Assembly (NCBI RefSeq): GCF_006345805.1
Contig: NC_043004.1
Location: 70,246,001-70,310,000 of the forward strand
Source: Octopus sinensis
Taxonomy: Eukaryota
Direction of reading: 5' to 3'
DNA length: 64,000 bases
Shown here: piece by piece, positions 11,691 through 25,500 of the stretch
Layout of the letters: each line of letters opens with the position of its first letter
Numbering within the stretch: position 1 is the stretch's first letter
Notes under the pieces: generated by a model
Told to the model about the DNA's origin: nothing
Database searches by the model: none
Seen by the model: only the letters and a program-made list of their open reading frames with translations
Position numbers and translations under genes: made by a program

Positions 11691-13544
11691 TTATATGGTA
11701 CACATTCAAGTAAATTCCACAATACTTTTTTCTGCATGCCATTAGGTCAACAAATGAACTTCAATGATTCAAGTGTTATGTGTTATGTGCTTGTCATGGT
11801 ATTTTCATCAGAGCATACAAAGATGGATTGCTTCTTGCCTTCCTTTGGCTATTTTTCACAAGGTGTTAGCTACACCTGACAGGACACAAAGAACACAAAG
11901 ACCCAGAACTAAAACCACAAAGTTGTTCATCAAATTTTGGCAATATCCTGCCCTGGACAATTTTATTCTCACACCCTCACACTGCATCCCATACTGTATT
12001 TGATAAACCCCAGAAGTATGATGGGCAAAATTTAGCTTGCCAGGATTTGAATCAAGAATACAAACAGCTGGAATAAAGAACCCTATATGGTCATACAACC
12101 TTCTAGAAATAACAACCAAATTTCCTTCAAATCATACCTTGTCATCTCAAAAAAGGAAGGACACATTGATCTGATGAAAAAGAAGAGAATATTTACGTCA
12201 ATGTCCATCAAAGTTGTTGTTATTGTTGTAGTTTTGCCTGAGATCAGACTTCATGAAACGACCAAATTTGTTCCAAAGTGACCAACCCAAATTCTATTCA
12301 TCCATAGGATTATCTTATCTTTTGTGTTATTATTCTATTTTTAAGATAATAGGGCTTTCCTTTGAGTGAAATTTGGCTGCTATTTCTAGCATGCTGTACA
12401 AATGTAATAGAGAGTCCCTTGTTGAGTTGAAAAGAAAGCGTGGTACATTACAAAACACAATGATGAACATTATAAAATGATTGGTTTTGATTAATTGGAA
12501 GTTCTGAATGAAGCAAGAGATTGATGTGAAGAAGCTGAGTGAGAGTAATGAAGCATTAGTCATCAATGCTGTTGAGAGAAGGTGCAGATGGGGAAACAAA
12601 AAAGATGGCGGTTTGTTCCTTTAATAATTTAGTCAGGAGTAGGGTGGGTGGGTAGATGGGATATAGTTCTTACAACCTTAACATGTTCTTGAAGGCTGAA
12701 CATCTATCTAGAGGCAGGTCAGTGTGGGTGGAGAGATTAACAGGATGTCTGGTCCTGGATGCTTATAACTAAGTGAACTCTGCAAAAAGCACAGACAGAC
12801 CAGAGGTTGCTGGTGGTGGTGATGGTGGTGTGGTGGTGGTGGTGGTGGTGGTGTTAAACCAGGTGGTGTGTAGTTGCTAACGATGGATGTCAGATGTGTA
12901 ATGAAGGAAGATATTGAAAAGAAGGAAGATAGTGAAACAAGCACTGCTAACCAGCTCTATCTCATCAAAAAATAAATATATAAATGAATAAAATAAAATT
13001 TGGCTTCTGTATCAGCTGAATATGTTAGGAGCAAAAGAAATCTGGAGCACTGTAGTATGCAAATAAATGGTTTTGAGTGTCAGAAAGCATTGATAATTCT
13101 AAAGATTTTTTTCTATCTTTTCTTCTTTCTTTCTTTCCTTTTGTCTTAGTCATTTGACTGTGGTTATGCTGTAGCATATCCATCTTGAGAGGTTTTAGTT
13201 ATCAAATTGACCCCTGGAATTATCTATAATTCTTAAGTTTGGTGCTTATTTTTGCAGTCTCTTTTTTTGCTGAGTCGCTAAGTTACAGGGATGTAAACAA
13301 ACCTACACCAGTTGTCAAGCAGTGTGAGACACACACACACACACTTGTATGATGCACTTCCACACAGTGTTCATGTACCAAATTCACTCACAAGGCATTA
13401 GACAGCCTAGGTCTAAATTAGAAGACACTTGCCCATAGCATCCTGCATCAGGGCTGAATATGAAACCCGGTACATCCAAAGTGGACTTCTTAATAGATGC
13501 TGATAAAAGAGGTAGTGATGTGGGTGGTAGTGGTGAAGTAAAGT

Positions 13545-14210
13545 GTCTTGCTCAAGAAAGTCAGCTATTCAATATCCTTTCTGTCTGTCTTTTCTAGCTT
13601 CTTTTTCATTTTAATTTTCCCCTTGTCACTTGTCAAGGCTTTGTCTTTTCACATTATATCCAATAAACTTAGTCTATTGCCGTCTTATGTTGATAAGAAG
13701 CTTTCTGATAGCTTTGGCATGTTGCAATACTTAAAAATCTGTTCATCTGTCTTTATAATGATATCTGCTGCATTTGCCTGAGAACCACATCTCTGCAGCA
13801 TTGGCATATTTTTGCACTTGTTTGTTAACGTTTCAACAACACAGCCATATGTAAGAACGGGTTCTATTTGCACCCCTAGGACTCTTTAACTCCCTCATAT
13901 TGATAGCAGTTTATTTGACAAAGTATATTTGATATTACCAAAAGCAGCATGGGACTATCTATTTCTTGATGTTTTTCCCATCTGATGCAATAATGGTGTC
14001 CAAATATTTAAATCTATCCGTTTGCTTCAAGGTCATTCCATTATTTCTTAGGTTGCAAATTAGCAGTTACTTCCTTTGAGATTGTCATTGTCGGAGTTTC
14101 ATTATATCACTTCAAAAAGAGGTTATCAACATAGTTACTAATGAATGACATCTGATGCTAAGTGTGAGAAGAATACAATTGACAGCTTCCTATGACAAAA
14201 CAATTAGACA
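13545..14210 (-). pseudogene. Old degenerate RTE-clade LINE fragment (RT C-terminal part)
   Basis: Minus-strand translation across frameshifts gives YVDN (for YADD), FKYLDTIIASDG, EPVLTYGC, AAEMWF and KFIGY motifs typical of RTE reverse transcriptase C-termini. Confidence 0.6.
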
Positions 14211-14454
14211 TCTAACAAATCTGGGTGTGGATGTGTTGATGTCGGCAGAACAAGATGATCAAACCACAGAAGTTCCTCTCACATACACACACTCAAGGGA
14301 GAAGTGCCTTCATATAGTTACTCAACTTGCTAGAAATATCAATCAAATCACCCTCAAATCACACTCTACCATCTTTAAAAATAAATATATTGAAACATGC
14401 CTATTGAGTCAAGTACATCAACATCAAAATGAAAATCAAATGGAAATTGTAGTT

Positions 14455-14787
14455 GTGATCCCTGTGCCGGTGGCACGTAAAAAACACCATCCAAACGTGG
14501 CCGATACCAGCACTGCCTCAACTGGCATCTATGCCAGTGGCACATAAAAAGCACCAACCGATTTGGATGTTGCCAGCCTTCTCTGGCCCCTATGTCGGTG
14601 GCACATAAAAAGCAGCCACTACACTCATGGAGTGGTTGGCATTAGGAAGGGCATCCAGCTGTAGAAACACTGCCAGATCAGACTGGTGCCTGGTGCAGCC
14701 TCCTGGCTTCCCAGACCCCAGTCGAACCATCCAACACATTCTAGCATGGAAAACGATGACGGCGATGATGATGATGATGATGATGAT
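14455..14787 (+). mobile_element. RTE LINE 3'-UTR fragment with (GAT)n tail; further copies about 34983-35320(-), 38682-38850(-), 57530-57720(+), 61250-61360(+), 62014-62170(-)
   Basis: Same ggtggcac(g/a)taaaaagcacc repeats, ggaagggcatccagctgtagaaac and ccatgctagcatggaaa...(gat)n as the 3' ends of the LINEs at 25.6-26.0 kb and 31.7-32.0 kb. Confidence 0.8.
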
Positions 14788-15604
14788 GCATGGGTGTGTG
14801 GTTAAAAAGCCTGCTTTGCAACCATATGGTTTTGAGTGTAGTCCTTCTGCATGGCATGTTGGAGAAGTGTGTTCTGCTATATCCTCAGGCCAACCAATAC
14901 CTTGGGAGTACATATGATGGTGGAAACTGTATAGAAGCCTGTCACATATATTAGTGTGTCTCTTTGTTTGTACCCCCTCACACCACTTAACTGTTGTTAG
15001 TTTGTTTATATCCCTGTAACTTAGCTGTTCAACAAAAGAGACTTATAGAATAAAGGCCAGACTTAAAAATTAAGTACTGGGGACACACTTATTTGACTAT
15101 CCCTTTTAGGGCTTTGATACAGCATGGCTGTAGTCCAATGGCTGAAATGGGAGAAAAGATAGTGGAAATAAAAAGACAAAAAAGATAATATAGATTAGAA
15201 TATATGCAAAGACAAGCTGGTCATGGTTGGAAGGTCTTTGATCAAAGGTTTACTTTAACAGGTTAGGTCTGGCCTGCAGGCTGAAGAAGAATCACAACCC
15301 AAGAATGAAGGAAGGCACATAGATATGCATGCATGGTCAAACATACTCATTTCCAAATTGCTGAGTGTACACTCAATCATCCTACTCCAAACTGTGCCTG
15401 GATCAAAGCAGGACAACTGCAGGAAGTTGGTAATGTTGGAAGGGATTTTTTCAAGAAAGCCTAACGAGAGCAGTGAGAGAGTGCAAACCTCTGCCAAGGC
15501 AACACCAACGATTGGCCAGAGATGGGTTTTTAAATGAGAATATCTGAAATAAACTAGACTGCTCTCACAAACGAGAATACTAAAAATGAAATTGACTGCT
15601 CTCA

Positions 15605-15830
15605 AAAATTAAGTAAAAAAAAAAAACAGGAAAAATAATCCAGAATCCTTGTCCAGTACCAGATCGGTCCCAAAGTCTAATCAGTTTGTGCTGGTCATGA
15701 GGCCAAACATCTCTGAAAGTTTCATCCAAATCCATCCAGCAGTTCTTGAGATATCTTGTCCATGGGCAAACAAACAAACATACACAACTGAAAGCAATAC
15801 CTCTGCCTTTACTAAGGCAGAGGTAATAAT
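15605..15830 (-). mobile_element. Helentron/DINE-1-like non-autonomous element
   Basis: Perfect 12-bp hairpin tacctctgcctt-tact-aaggcagaggta (15798-15825) at the minus-strand 5' end, followed by (gttt)n and ggatggatttggatgaaacttt, the usual DINE/HINE layout. Confidence 0.65.
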
Positions 15831-17610
15831 TCTTGTGAGAAAGAGCTTAACAGCAGCTGTCATCATCATCATCATAGTCATTATTATGCCTACTTTTTTT
15901 CATGTATGCATGAGTTGGAGAAGACTTTATGAAACAGTATTCTACGGCTGGATAGCCTTTTTAATGCCAACCATTACTTCTTTTACAAGTAAGGTATTTT
16001 ATCTCACTGATCCTTGCACATCAAACTGCTGAGCTGTGGTAAATATTATCTGTGTGGGACAAAAACAAATGTTGTATATACATATATAGATATATTCACC
16101 CATACATATAGAGAAGTCTTCATTAATATTTATCAGCCCTGGATAAATACTTTACACCTAACCTAGAACACTATGCATTTTGTATCGAAGAATAAGAGAT
16201 AGCTACTAAATACCTGATCATCAAAAGAGATAAGGACCTCCACTGCCATAAGACCTCTACTGCCATAACAGTGTGCAAGATATCATACATATCATCAACA
16301 GCTGTCCAGAAATGTCCGATAAAAATAATACCTTATCATGAGACATAGGATTATCGCTAAATCCACCCAAAGTGGCCAGCTAGTAGAATCAGCATGCAGG
16401 ACAAAATGCTTGGCTGCATTTTGTCTGTCTTTACATTCTGAGTTCAAATGCTGCCGAGGTCAACTTTGCCTTTCATCCTTTCAGGGTTGATGAAATAAGA
16501 ACTGGCCAAGTACTGGGGGTCAATGTAATCGACTAACCCCCGCCTCCCACAAAATTTTGGGCCTTCTGCCTATAACAGAAAGGATTATTACTTAAACCAT
16601 CCATAATGCTATATCCAGGAACAATTGTCATGACAGCCACAGCAAAAGAACATTAGAACCAGAAAGTTCTATCCACACCCTTAAATAGAAAGAATACTAG
16701 TAGAACAAATAAAATCTGCAAATTTGTGTCAGTACAACAGGCCTGATATGGGCCAAGGAGCAAAAGCAGATGTGGCTGTCGCTTCAAATATTGGAGAAAA
16801 GGTGAACATCTACAGAGAACTAATGAGAAACTTATTCTCATATCAAGTCTACAGGTTTTCATTTGCATGTATTACCATTGATACACTGGGTTACATAACA
16901 ACAGATCTGCATAAAAATCTAGAAGTGGGAGGGTTCTTCAAAACAGAACGACACACACTGATTTGCATTCTCTAAAGACAATCGATTAGAAGTAGAGTGA
17001 AAATCTGCAAACATTCAAGAGATTCTCCATTTGTGGTTTCTGGGGACAGACAAACAGATGAACATACACACACACATGCACACACACATACACAGAATTT
17101 CCATAGAGTTTCTGTCTACCAAATTTCACACACAAGTCATTGGTCAACCAGAGTTATAATGCAAGACACTTACCCAAAGTGCCATGCAATGGAATCAAAT
17201 CCAAAGGTTGTGCAGTGAATTCTTAACAATATAACTATGCCTAGCTTTTTCAATTCCATTCATGCCTCCTATGATAACACTGTATAGCAAGATTTTTATC
17301 CTTGTGTGGCAACTGTTATTTTGTATTTGCTTACCCCTAGAAAGTATGAAAAATAGCTAATATTTTCTTCAAGTTTTGCTTTTGTTACATTTATTCAGAC
17401 CCAGAGAATCCCTCTCAACACATGGCTATGATGCTTCCCCACTACTCCTGCTTATGATCATAGATGCACATATCGTCACCAAGGGACATGTTCAAGTGGT
17501 TAAGGTGCCAAGCAACTGACAAGCAAATCTATGGTATTGAGCATATTGATATAATGATATTTCTTCTTCAGCAACTCAACACTGAATCTATCTGAAATAT
17601 AAATTACACA

Positions 17611-18398
17611 GGCGCAGGAGTGGCTGTGTGGTAAGTAGCTAGCTAACCAACCACATGGTTCCGGGTTCAGTCCCACTGCGTGGCATCTTGGGCAAGTGTC
17701 TTCTGCTATAGCCCCGGGCCGACCAATGCCTTATGAGTGGATTTGGTAGACAGAAACTGAAAGAAGCCTGTCGTATATATGTACTAGCAGTATCGCCCGG
17801 CGTTGCTCAGGTTTGTAAGGGAAATAACTATAAAGCATTTTTAGAGAGTTATAGCCAAAAAATAGCAAAAAAATGGAAAAAAAATGATGGTAAATTTTTT
17901 TGAGAGTTAAAAAAGGTGGAGTTGCGTCCCCTAGACGGTCTGTTGTTTGGGTTTCTGATTCTCGACCCCATGTCGAATTTATCGATTTTTTTCAGAACTG
18001 GGGGAACTTTTCAAAATTTTCGCTGCGTTAGTTTTGAATTATGACATTGGGCTATGTGTGTGTCAAGTTTCATCAGAATCGGTTGAAAGCCGTGGTCAGA
18101 GTGAGGGTACGAGAAAACAGACACACAGAAAACGCACAGACAAACTGTCGTTTATATAGAGAGAGATATATATATAAGTGTGTGTGTATATGTTTGTGTG
18201 TCTGTGTTTGTCCCCCTAGCATTGCTTGACAACCGATGCTGGTGTGTTTACGTCCCTGTCACTTAGCGGTTCGGCAAAAGAAACCGATAGAATAAGTACT
18301 GGCCTTACAAAGAATAAGTCCCGGGGTCGATTTGCTCGACTAAAGGCGGTGCTCCAGCATGGCCACAGTCAAACTAGTAAAAGAGTAAAAGGGTAAAG
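17611..18398 (+). mobile_element. tRNA-headed SINE (family A, internal (TA)n(TG)n tract) interrupted by a Helitron
   Basis: Head ggcgcaggagtggctgtgtggtaagtagc...gggttcagtccc, tail ...ccagcatggcc.cagtcaaa...agtaaaagag; matches the uninterrupted copies at 51490 and 58980. Confidence 0.85.
17784..18166 (-). mobile_element. Non-autonomous Helitron, inverted copy of 10226-10609
   Basis: CTAG at 17784-17787 and TC start at 18166. Sits between A and T of the SINE TA tract, no TSD. About 4 substitutions and a 1-nt indel versus the 10.2-kb copy. Confidence 0.85.
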
Positions 18399-19697
18399 AG
18401 AGAGTGTAATTTATCGGAATATTAAATCAACCCCAAATCAATACTTGATTGGTACTAGATTTTATTGAGCAGCCCCTGAAAGGATGTAAAGAAAATTTGA
18501 CCTTAGTAAGATTTGAACTCAGCACATAATAGTTTTGTTGCTAAATAGTGTAGGCCTTTTATATGACCCACTAATGATTCTGTCTACCCAGCAGTCTACA
18601 ACTTAATTTCCCATCTCTAACCCCCACTTCTCACCCTGACAACAACCATTTACCATTTTATCATATTTTCATACTCCATTATCTAATACTCAAGAGAAAC
18701 ATCACACCCATATAGTGCAATGTAGAATTAGTCTGCCAGCAGGCAAGGGTGGGAAGGGCTAGGGGGTGAAAGGATTAGCAAGGAAAGAGAGGGTTATGCC
18801 ACAGATGGGTCCACATAAACATTTAATCAGGTCACTTAATAATAAAGCAGTCTAAGGAGAAGGTGTGTGGAGTGGGGAGTGAAGCAGGCAGAGGGGGGGG
18901 GGGCGAAAGTGGGTAATAATTAAACAAATTATTATTGTTGTTGTTGTTGTTAAGGTGGCAAAGCTGGCAGAATTGTCAGTGGCATTTCGTACACCTTTAT
19001 GTTCTGAGTTCAAATTCCACAAAGGTCAACTTTGTCTTTCATCCTTTTAGCGTCAATAAATTAAGTACTAGTGAAACACTGGGGTCAATGTAATTGACTA
19101 GTTCCCTCCCCCTATATTACAGGCCTTTTATCGACCCCATAAGGATGAAAAGCAAAGTCATCATTGGCAGAACTTGAACTCAGACTGTAAGGCCAGAAGA
19201 AAGGCTGTGAACCGTTTTGTATGGCACAACCGACAAGTCTGTCAAATCACCACCTTAATAATGGTTTCAAATTTTGGCACAAGGCCAGCAGTTGATTCTA
19301 TCAACCCCAGTGTTCAACTGGTACTTATTTTATTGACCCCAAAAGGATCAAATGCAGAGTTGATCTGGCAGAATTTGAACTCAGAGTATAAGCATGGAAG
19401 AAATGCCACAAAGCATTTTGCCCGACATGCTAACGATTTTGCCACCTAAATAATAATAATAATAAAAATAATAATAATCCTTTCTACTATAGGCACAAGG
19501 GCAGGAATTTGGGGGAGGGGGCTGATTGATTACATCGACCCCAGTACTCAACTGATACTTATTTTATCAACCCTGAAAGGTTTAAAGGCAAAGTCGATCT
19601 CGACAGAATTTGAACTCAGAACATAAAAATGAATGTGATGCCACAAAGCTAACAATTCTGCCAGTATGTCACCAATTAAATAATAATAATAATAATA

Positions 19698-19734
<37 letters not shown>

Positions 19735-20155
19735 CACTGAAGGCCGGATATAGTAACCTTTAGGAGGGACAAACAAGAGTGCCTAATAATTGATGTAGCA
19801 GTGCCAGGAGATCAAATATCATCATGAAAGAAAGAGAAAAGGTTGATAAATATGGAGACCTGAACTGAGATCGCTAAGATGTGGCAGCTACGAGAGTCAA
19901 ACATAAAGGTTATCCCTATTGTCATCGGAGCATTGGGTTCAAAACCACCCAATCTGGAAAAACATCTGAAAACCTTAGAGATACCCTACAATCTAGGTGT
20001 ATTGCAAGAGTTGGCAATACTTGGAACTGCATGCACATTGTGTAAAGCACTGTCTGTCTGAGGTCCTCGTTGTGACTTGACAAACAGTGCAAACCCCAGG
20101 TAGACACAATATCTTCAATCAACAATCTCACGGTATTGTATACTGTGCAATGTCT
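19735..20155 (+). pseudogene. 5'-truncated R4/Dong-type non-LTR retrotransposon: restriction-like endonuclease C-terminus plus 3' UTR
   Basis: Translation across frameshifts: RPDIVTFRRDKQECLIIDVAVPGD...EKVDKYGDL...MWQLRESNIKVIPIVIGALG...ILGTA, the PD-(D/E)xK RLE signature. Abuts (TAA)n at 19680-19734. Confidence 0.75.
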
Positions 20156-20556
20156 ATAATGGTTTTTTATTTTGGCACAAGGCCAGCAATTTGGGTGGGG
20201 GGATGGGGTACGATGATTACATCAACTCCAGTACTGAATTGGTGCATATTTTATTGATCCCAAAATGATGAAAGGCAAAGTTGAGGTTGGCAGTATTTGA
20301 ACTCAGAATATAAAGGCAGATGAATATAATAATAATAATCCATTCTACTAAAGGCACAAACCTTGAAATTTTGTAGGAAATTTTGTAGTCAGTTATATCA
20401 GTCCCAGTGTTTCACTGGTACTTAATTTATCAACCTCGAAAGGATGAAGGGCAAAGTCGATCTTGGCAAAATTCGAACTCCAAACGTAGTGGTAGATGAA
20501 ATACCACTGAGCATTTCAACCGACGTGCTAACGATTTTGCCAGCTCACTGCCTTGA

Positions 20557-20616
<60 letters not shown>

Positions 20617-21572
20617 TAATCGCTATTAATGAAAGAATGAAGGAAGGAGGGAAATAGAGAAGGAGAAAGAGAAGTCTGATGACTGACTTCTCTTTGAGTG
20701 AATCTAAGATTTATATCAAAACAGCTGACTGAGACATGAATAAAGTCTAGGGCGGTGGCAGTTAACTTCTTCGTTCTCTGTTTTTGTTTTTTGATTTTGC
20801 TTTTTGTTCTTTGTTTTGGTTCCCTTCTGTTTGATAACATTTCATGGGAATTAGGCAAGGCTGGCAGGGATGGAGGGAAGAAACAGAAAAAGAGGTGGTG
20901 ATAAAGGATGGAAGAGGGTGGTGGTGGTACTAGTAGTAGTTGTAGTAGTAGTAGTAGAATCCTTCTTCTGGTGAAGGTAGCAAAAGGGTTTACATCATTT
21001 ACTTTTGTGGAAGTTCAAGAACAGGGGAAGATGGGGATGATGATGATGATAATAATGATGATGATGATGAGGAGGAGGAGGAGGAGGAGGGGGGAGCTGT
21101 TGAATAGCAAAGAATATCAAACTTTCCCAAAGCCTCACCCACAGTTGTCTTTCATCATGATGAAAGTTACTATGATTATTATTATTATTATTCTTATTCT
21201 TATTCTTATTATTATTATTATTATTTTATTTATATTATTATTATTATTATTATTATTGTTATTATTTTGTTATTGTTATTATTATTATTTTATTGAACAT
21301 TATTATTGCTATATTATTATACATTATTGTTGTTATTATTACACCAATATCTATTCATCTGCCTATTGAATCATTTATAAAAGGCAAAATGAGAAATTAT
21401 ACACCATCTGGAGAGAGAAGAAAAAAACATATTTGATTACAAAATGCATGTGAATGTATGTGCATGCATGTACTTATATGTTTGTGTGTGCATTTATATG
21501 TGTGTCTATGTATGCAGTTATACACACGTTTGTATGTATTTGTGTATGAATTTATACACACGTTTGTATGTA

Positions 21573-21623
<51 letters not shown>

Positions 21624-22578
21624 ATATATACACACACACACACATATACACACATCTGTCGGTTATAAAGAAAAGAAAAAAAAACATGTAGACAACATCA
21701 TAGTATTTCCTGTCTGGTTTTTCTTGTCTTGGAGAACTGATTTTCACCTCCAGGAAACTCCAGAGAAGCAGGCCAACAGATCATCCAAAACACACACACA
21801 CACATGAATACATCTGAATACACAATAAACTGATTGTTTAATGTGTTGTACCACTATACTACTATCTAAATATCTGTATCTAGATAATAGTACAACCCAC
21901 CATTATCTAGATCTGTTTATCTCGATGGTAGGTGTCATAAGATTCCACCCAGTCCCTATCTCCTACTCCAGCTCTCAACTTAAACCCTTAAAAACCACTC
22001 CACCTCCTTGTCTGTTTACTAAACAAGTGAGATAAGATGCTGTTTGGGATGTTGTGATTTCTGTGATTATGAATCAAAACTAGAATCCCAGCCAGCAAGG
22101 AAGTCTCCCCTGTTCATTCAGGGTTTGGCTCATAAGAAATGTTGCAAGGGTTACCCTGACATTAAGTAGTTGCTTGTTCTTTTTCCAAGTTTCAAGCACT
22201 GGACGATGGCCATACTGGGGCACCACCTTTAAAAGCTTTTAATCAGTCAATCATATTGACCCCAGTCCTTATTTCACACTGGTATTTATTTTATTGATCT
22301 CTGGTTATTAACTGACTTAGCATATTTGTTTGGCATTATAAGACATTCTCTTTTCTTTCTCTTTTACTTGTTTCAGTCAGTTGACTGTGGCCATGCTTGA
22401 GCACCGCCTTCAGTTGAGCAAATCAGCCCCAGGACTTATTCTTTGTAAGCCTAGTACTTATTCTATCAGTTTCTTTTGCCGTAAACACGCAAGCATCGGT
22501 TGTCAAGCAATGTTGGGGGGACAAACACAGGCACACAAACACATACACACACGTACATACATATATATATATATATAT

Positions 22579-25500
22579 GGGAACACTGACGGGGTTGGGG
22601 GCGTGGGTATACTTCTCGCTGAAAAATGGGTAGATAAGGTAATAGAGGTAATCAGAGTAAGTGACAGAATACTTAAGATTAGATTAGTGCTTCATCATAG
22701 ATTAGCAACCATTATATCGGCCTATGCCCCTCAGCCGGGGCTACCTGATGGACAGAAAGACGGATTCTATGACACCCTACTGGAGACTACCTCACTGACA
22801 AACGATAGAGACCTTCTCTTTGTGGCTGGTGACTTCAATGGTCACGTTGGACGACATGCTGGGGGCTTCCATGGTGTACATGGAGGCTATGGTTATGGTT
22901 CCCGCAACGAGGAGGGAACCAGGCTGCTGGAGTTCTGCGATGCAAATGATCTTATGGTTTGCAACACTAACTTCAGGAAACCTACCAGCCACCTAGTCAC
23001 CTACTGATCGGGCCAACATACCAGCCAAATTGACTACATCCTTGCCAGGAAAAGGGAAAGATGGCTGCTTATAAATGCCAAAACCTTCCCAGGCGAAGAA
23101 TGTACCCCACAACATAGACTGGTAGTTAGTGACTTTAGGATCAGGACTAAGAGGATGACTAGAAGACGACCAACATGGAGAAGAAGGATCTGGAAGCTTA
23201 AAGATCCTGCAAATGGACAGATATTTAGGGACATATTACTTGAAGCCTTTGACGAAGTAGAAAGGGATATAACTTCACATGGGGTAGAAGACAACTGGAG
23301 GTCTCTAAGGGACAACCTGCTGAGAGCCACTGACCAGATCTGTGGCTGGTGCAAAGTCTCCTCTTGACCCAAAATAACGTGGTGGTGGAACAGGGCTATA
23401 AGAGAAAAGAGACAGGCTTGGAAGGACTGGAAAAATGGTGGTAGCAGGGAATTGTATCAGACTACCAAAAGAGAAGCTAGGAGACAGGTTTATTTAGCCA
23501 GAGGGGAAGCAGATAAGAAAAAATTTGCCAATGTTCTGTGCCGTGAGGACCAAAGACTTGAGGTATTCCGTGTTGCAAGACAGTGTGTGAGAGAGAATCG
23601 TGATGTGGTAGGAGAGAAATGTGTTCGCATGGATGATGGCTCACTTGCGCTGAATGAGGGTGCAAAGAGAGAGGTTTGGAGACACCATTACGAGAGGCTG
23701 CTAAATAAGGAAAATGAATGGGAGAAAGAGAGTCTGCCGAATGTCGACCCAACAGAGGGACCAGCTATCCGAGTTGACAGTTCCTTAGTAGTTAAGGCAA
23801 TTAGAAGCATGAAGACAGGGAAAGCCCCAGGCCCATCAGGAATTACTGCAGAGATGCTTAAAATATCTGGTAGTGTCGGCTACAGCCTAGTCACCCGTAT
23901 AGTTAACCAAGTGATACATGAAGGAGTCATACCCAATGACTGGTGTAGCAGCATAATAGTCAACTGTTACAAAGGTAAAGGTGACGCCCTAGATACAAAT
24001 AATTACAGAGGTATCAAGCTGTTGGATCAGGTGATGAAGGTTACGGAGAGGGTCATAGCCCAACTGATTAGAGAGCGAGTTAGTTTAGATGAGATGCAGT
24101 TTGGGTTCATGCCAGGGAAAAGCACCACTGATGCCATATTCCTGGTAAGACAGCTGCAGGAGAAATACCTAGCCAAAGATAAGCCCCTGTACATGGCTTT
24201 CGTTGACATGGAGAAAGCCTTTGACAGGGTCCCCCGATCCCTTATCTGGTGGTCAATGAGGAAACTAGGGATAGATGAATGGTTAGTGAGAACTGTGCAA
24301 GCCATGTACAGAGACGCTGTAAGTAAGGTGAGGGTTGGCAATGAGTACACTAAAGAATTCAGGGTAGAGGTAGGGGTCCTCCAAGGTTCAGTCCTCAGCC
24401 CCCTCCAAGGAATTCAGGACAGGATGCCCCTGGGAGCTCCTATATGTTGATGACCTTGCTCTAATTGCTGAGTCACTATCAGAACTAGAGGAGAAGTTTC
24501 AAGTGTGGAGACAAGGATTAGAATCGAAGGGCCTTAAAATCAACCTAGCTAAAACCAAAGTACTAATAAGTAGAAAGGTAGACAATCCACAAATATCCTC
24601 AGGAAGATGGCTCTGCTCGATCTGTAGAAAAGGTGTAGGTAGAAACTCTATAAGATGTACCCAGTGTAAGCTATGGACACATAAGAGGTCCAGCAATGTC
24701 AAAGGTAGGCTAACTAGGAAGATAGTTTTTGTATGTGGCAGATGCTCAGGAGCAATAAACACTGAAAATGCTCAGAGACCAACTTCCGCCACATTCCAGG
24801 GAGAAAAACTAGAAATTGTTGATAGCTTCCGTTACCTAGGTGACCAAGTCAGTAGCTGGGGGCTGGTGTGCTGAAAGTGTAACTGCTAGAGTAAGAATAG
24901 CCTGGGCAAAGTTCAGAGAGCTCTTACCTCTGCTGGTGACAAAAGGCCTCTCGCTCAGAATAAAAGGCAGACTGTATGACGTATGTGTATGAACAGCCAT
25001 GCTACATGGCAGTGAAACGTGGGCCGTGACTGCTGAGGATATGCGTAAGCTCCCAAGAAATGAAGCCAGTATGCTCCGATGGATGTGTAATGTCAGTGTT
25101 CATACTCGACAGAGTGTAAGTACCTTGAGAGAAAAGTTGGACCTAAGAAGCATCAGTTGTGGTGTGCAAGAGAGACGTTTGCACTGGTATGGTCATGTAG
25201 TGAGAATGGATGAAGATAGTTGTGTGAAAAAGTGCCACACCCTAGCGGTTGAGGGTACCTGTGGAAGAGGTAGACTCAGAAAGACCTGGGATGAGGTGGA
25301 AAAGCATGACCTTTGAACATTGGGCCTCACTGAGGCAATGACTAGTGACTGGGACCTTTGGAAATATGCTGTGCTTGAGAAGACTCGGCAAGCTCGAGTG
25401 AGACCATAACCTTGTGGCCTATGCCAGGGGTGTAACCAGCCCACTTATGCGTACCTTTCTTTCATTGGACACTAAACTATGCTTGCAAAGACCTGTTGAG

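Noticed and set aside
12601-12612. YY1-like motif AAGATGGCGG as a possible promoter mark
   Set aside because: Single short motif with no CpG-rich context or other promoter evidence.
15255-15605. IECTLS peptide reminiscent of CR1 reverse transcriptase
   Set aside because: Not followed by the FADD motif and no other RT motifs nearby; likely coincidence.
21139-21407. Possible minus-strand 5'-UTR exon (acceptor at 21408, donor GTGAGG at 21138)
   Set aside because: Mostly (AAT)n microsatellite, and splice-like signals are common in this composition; needs RNA evidence.
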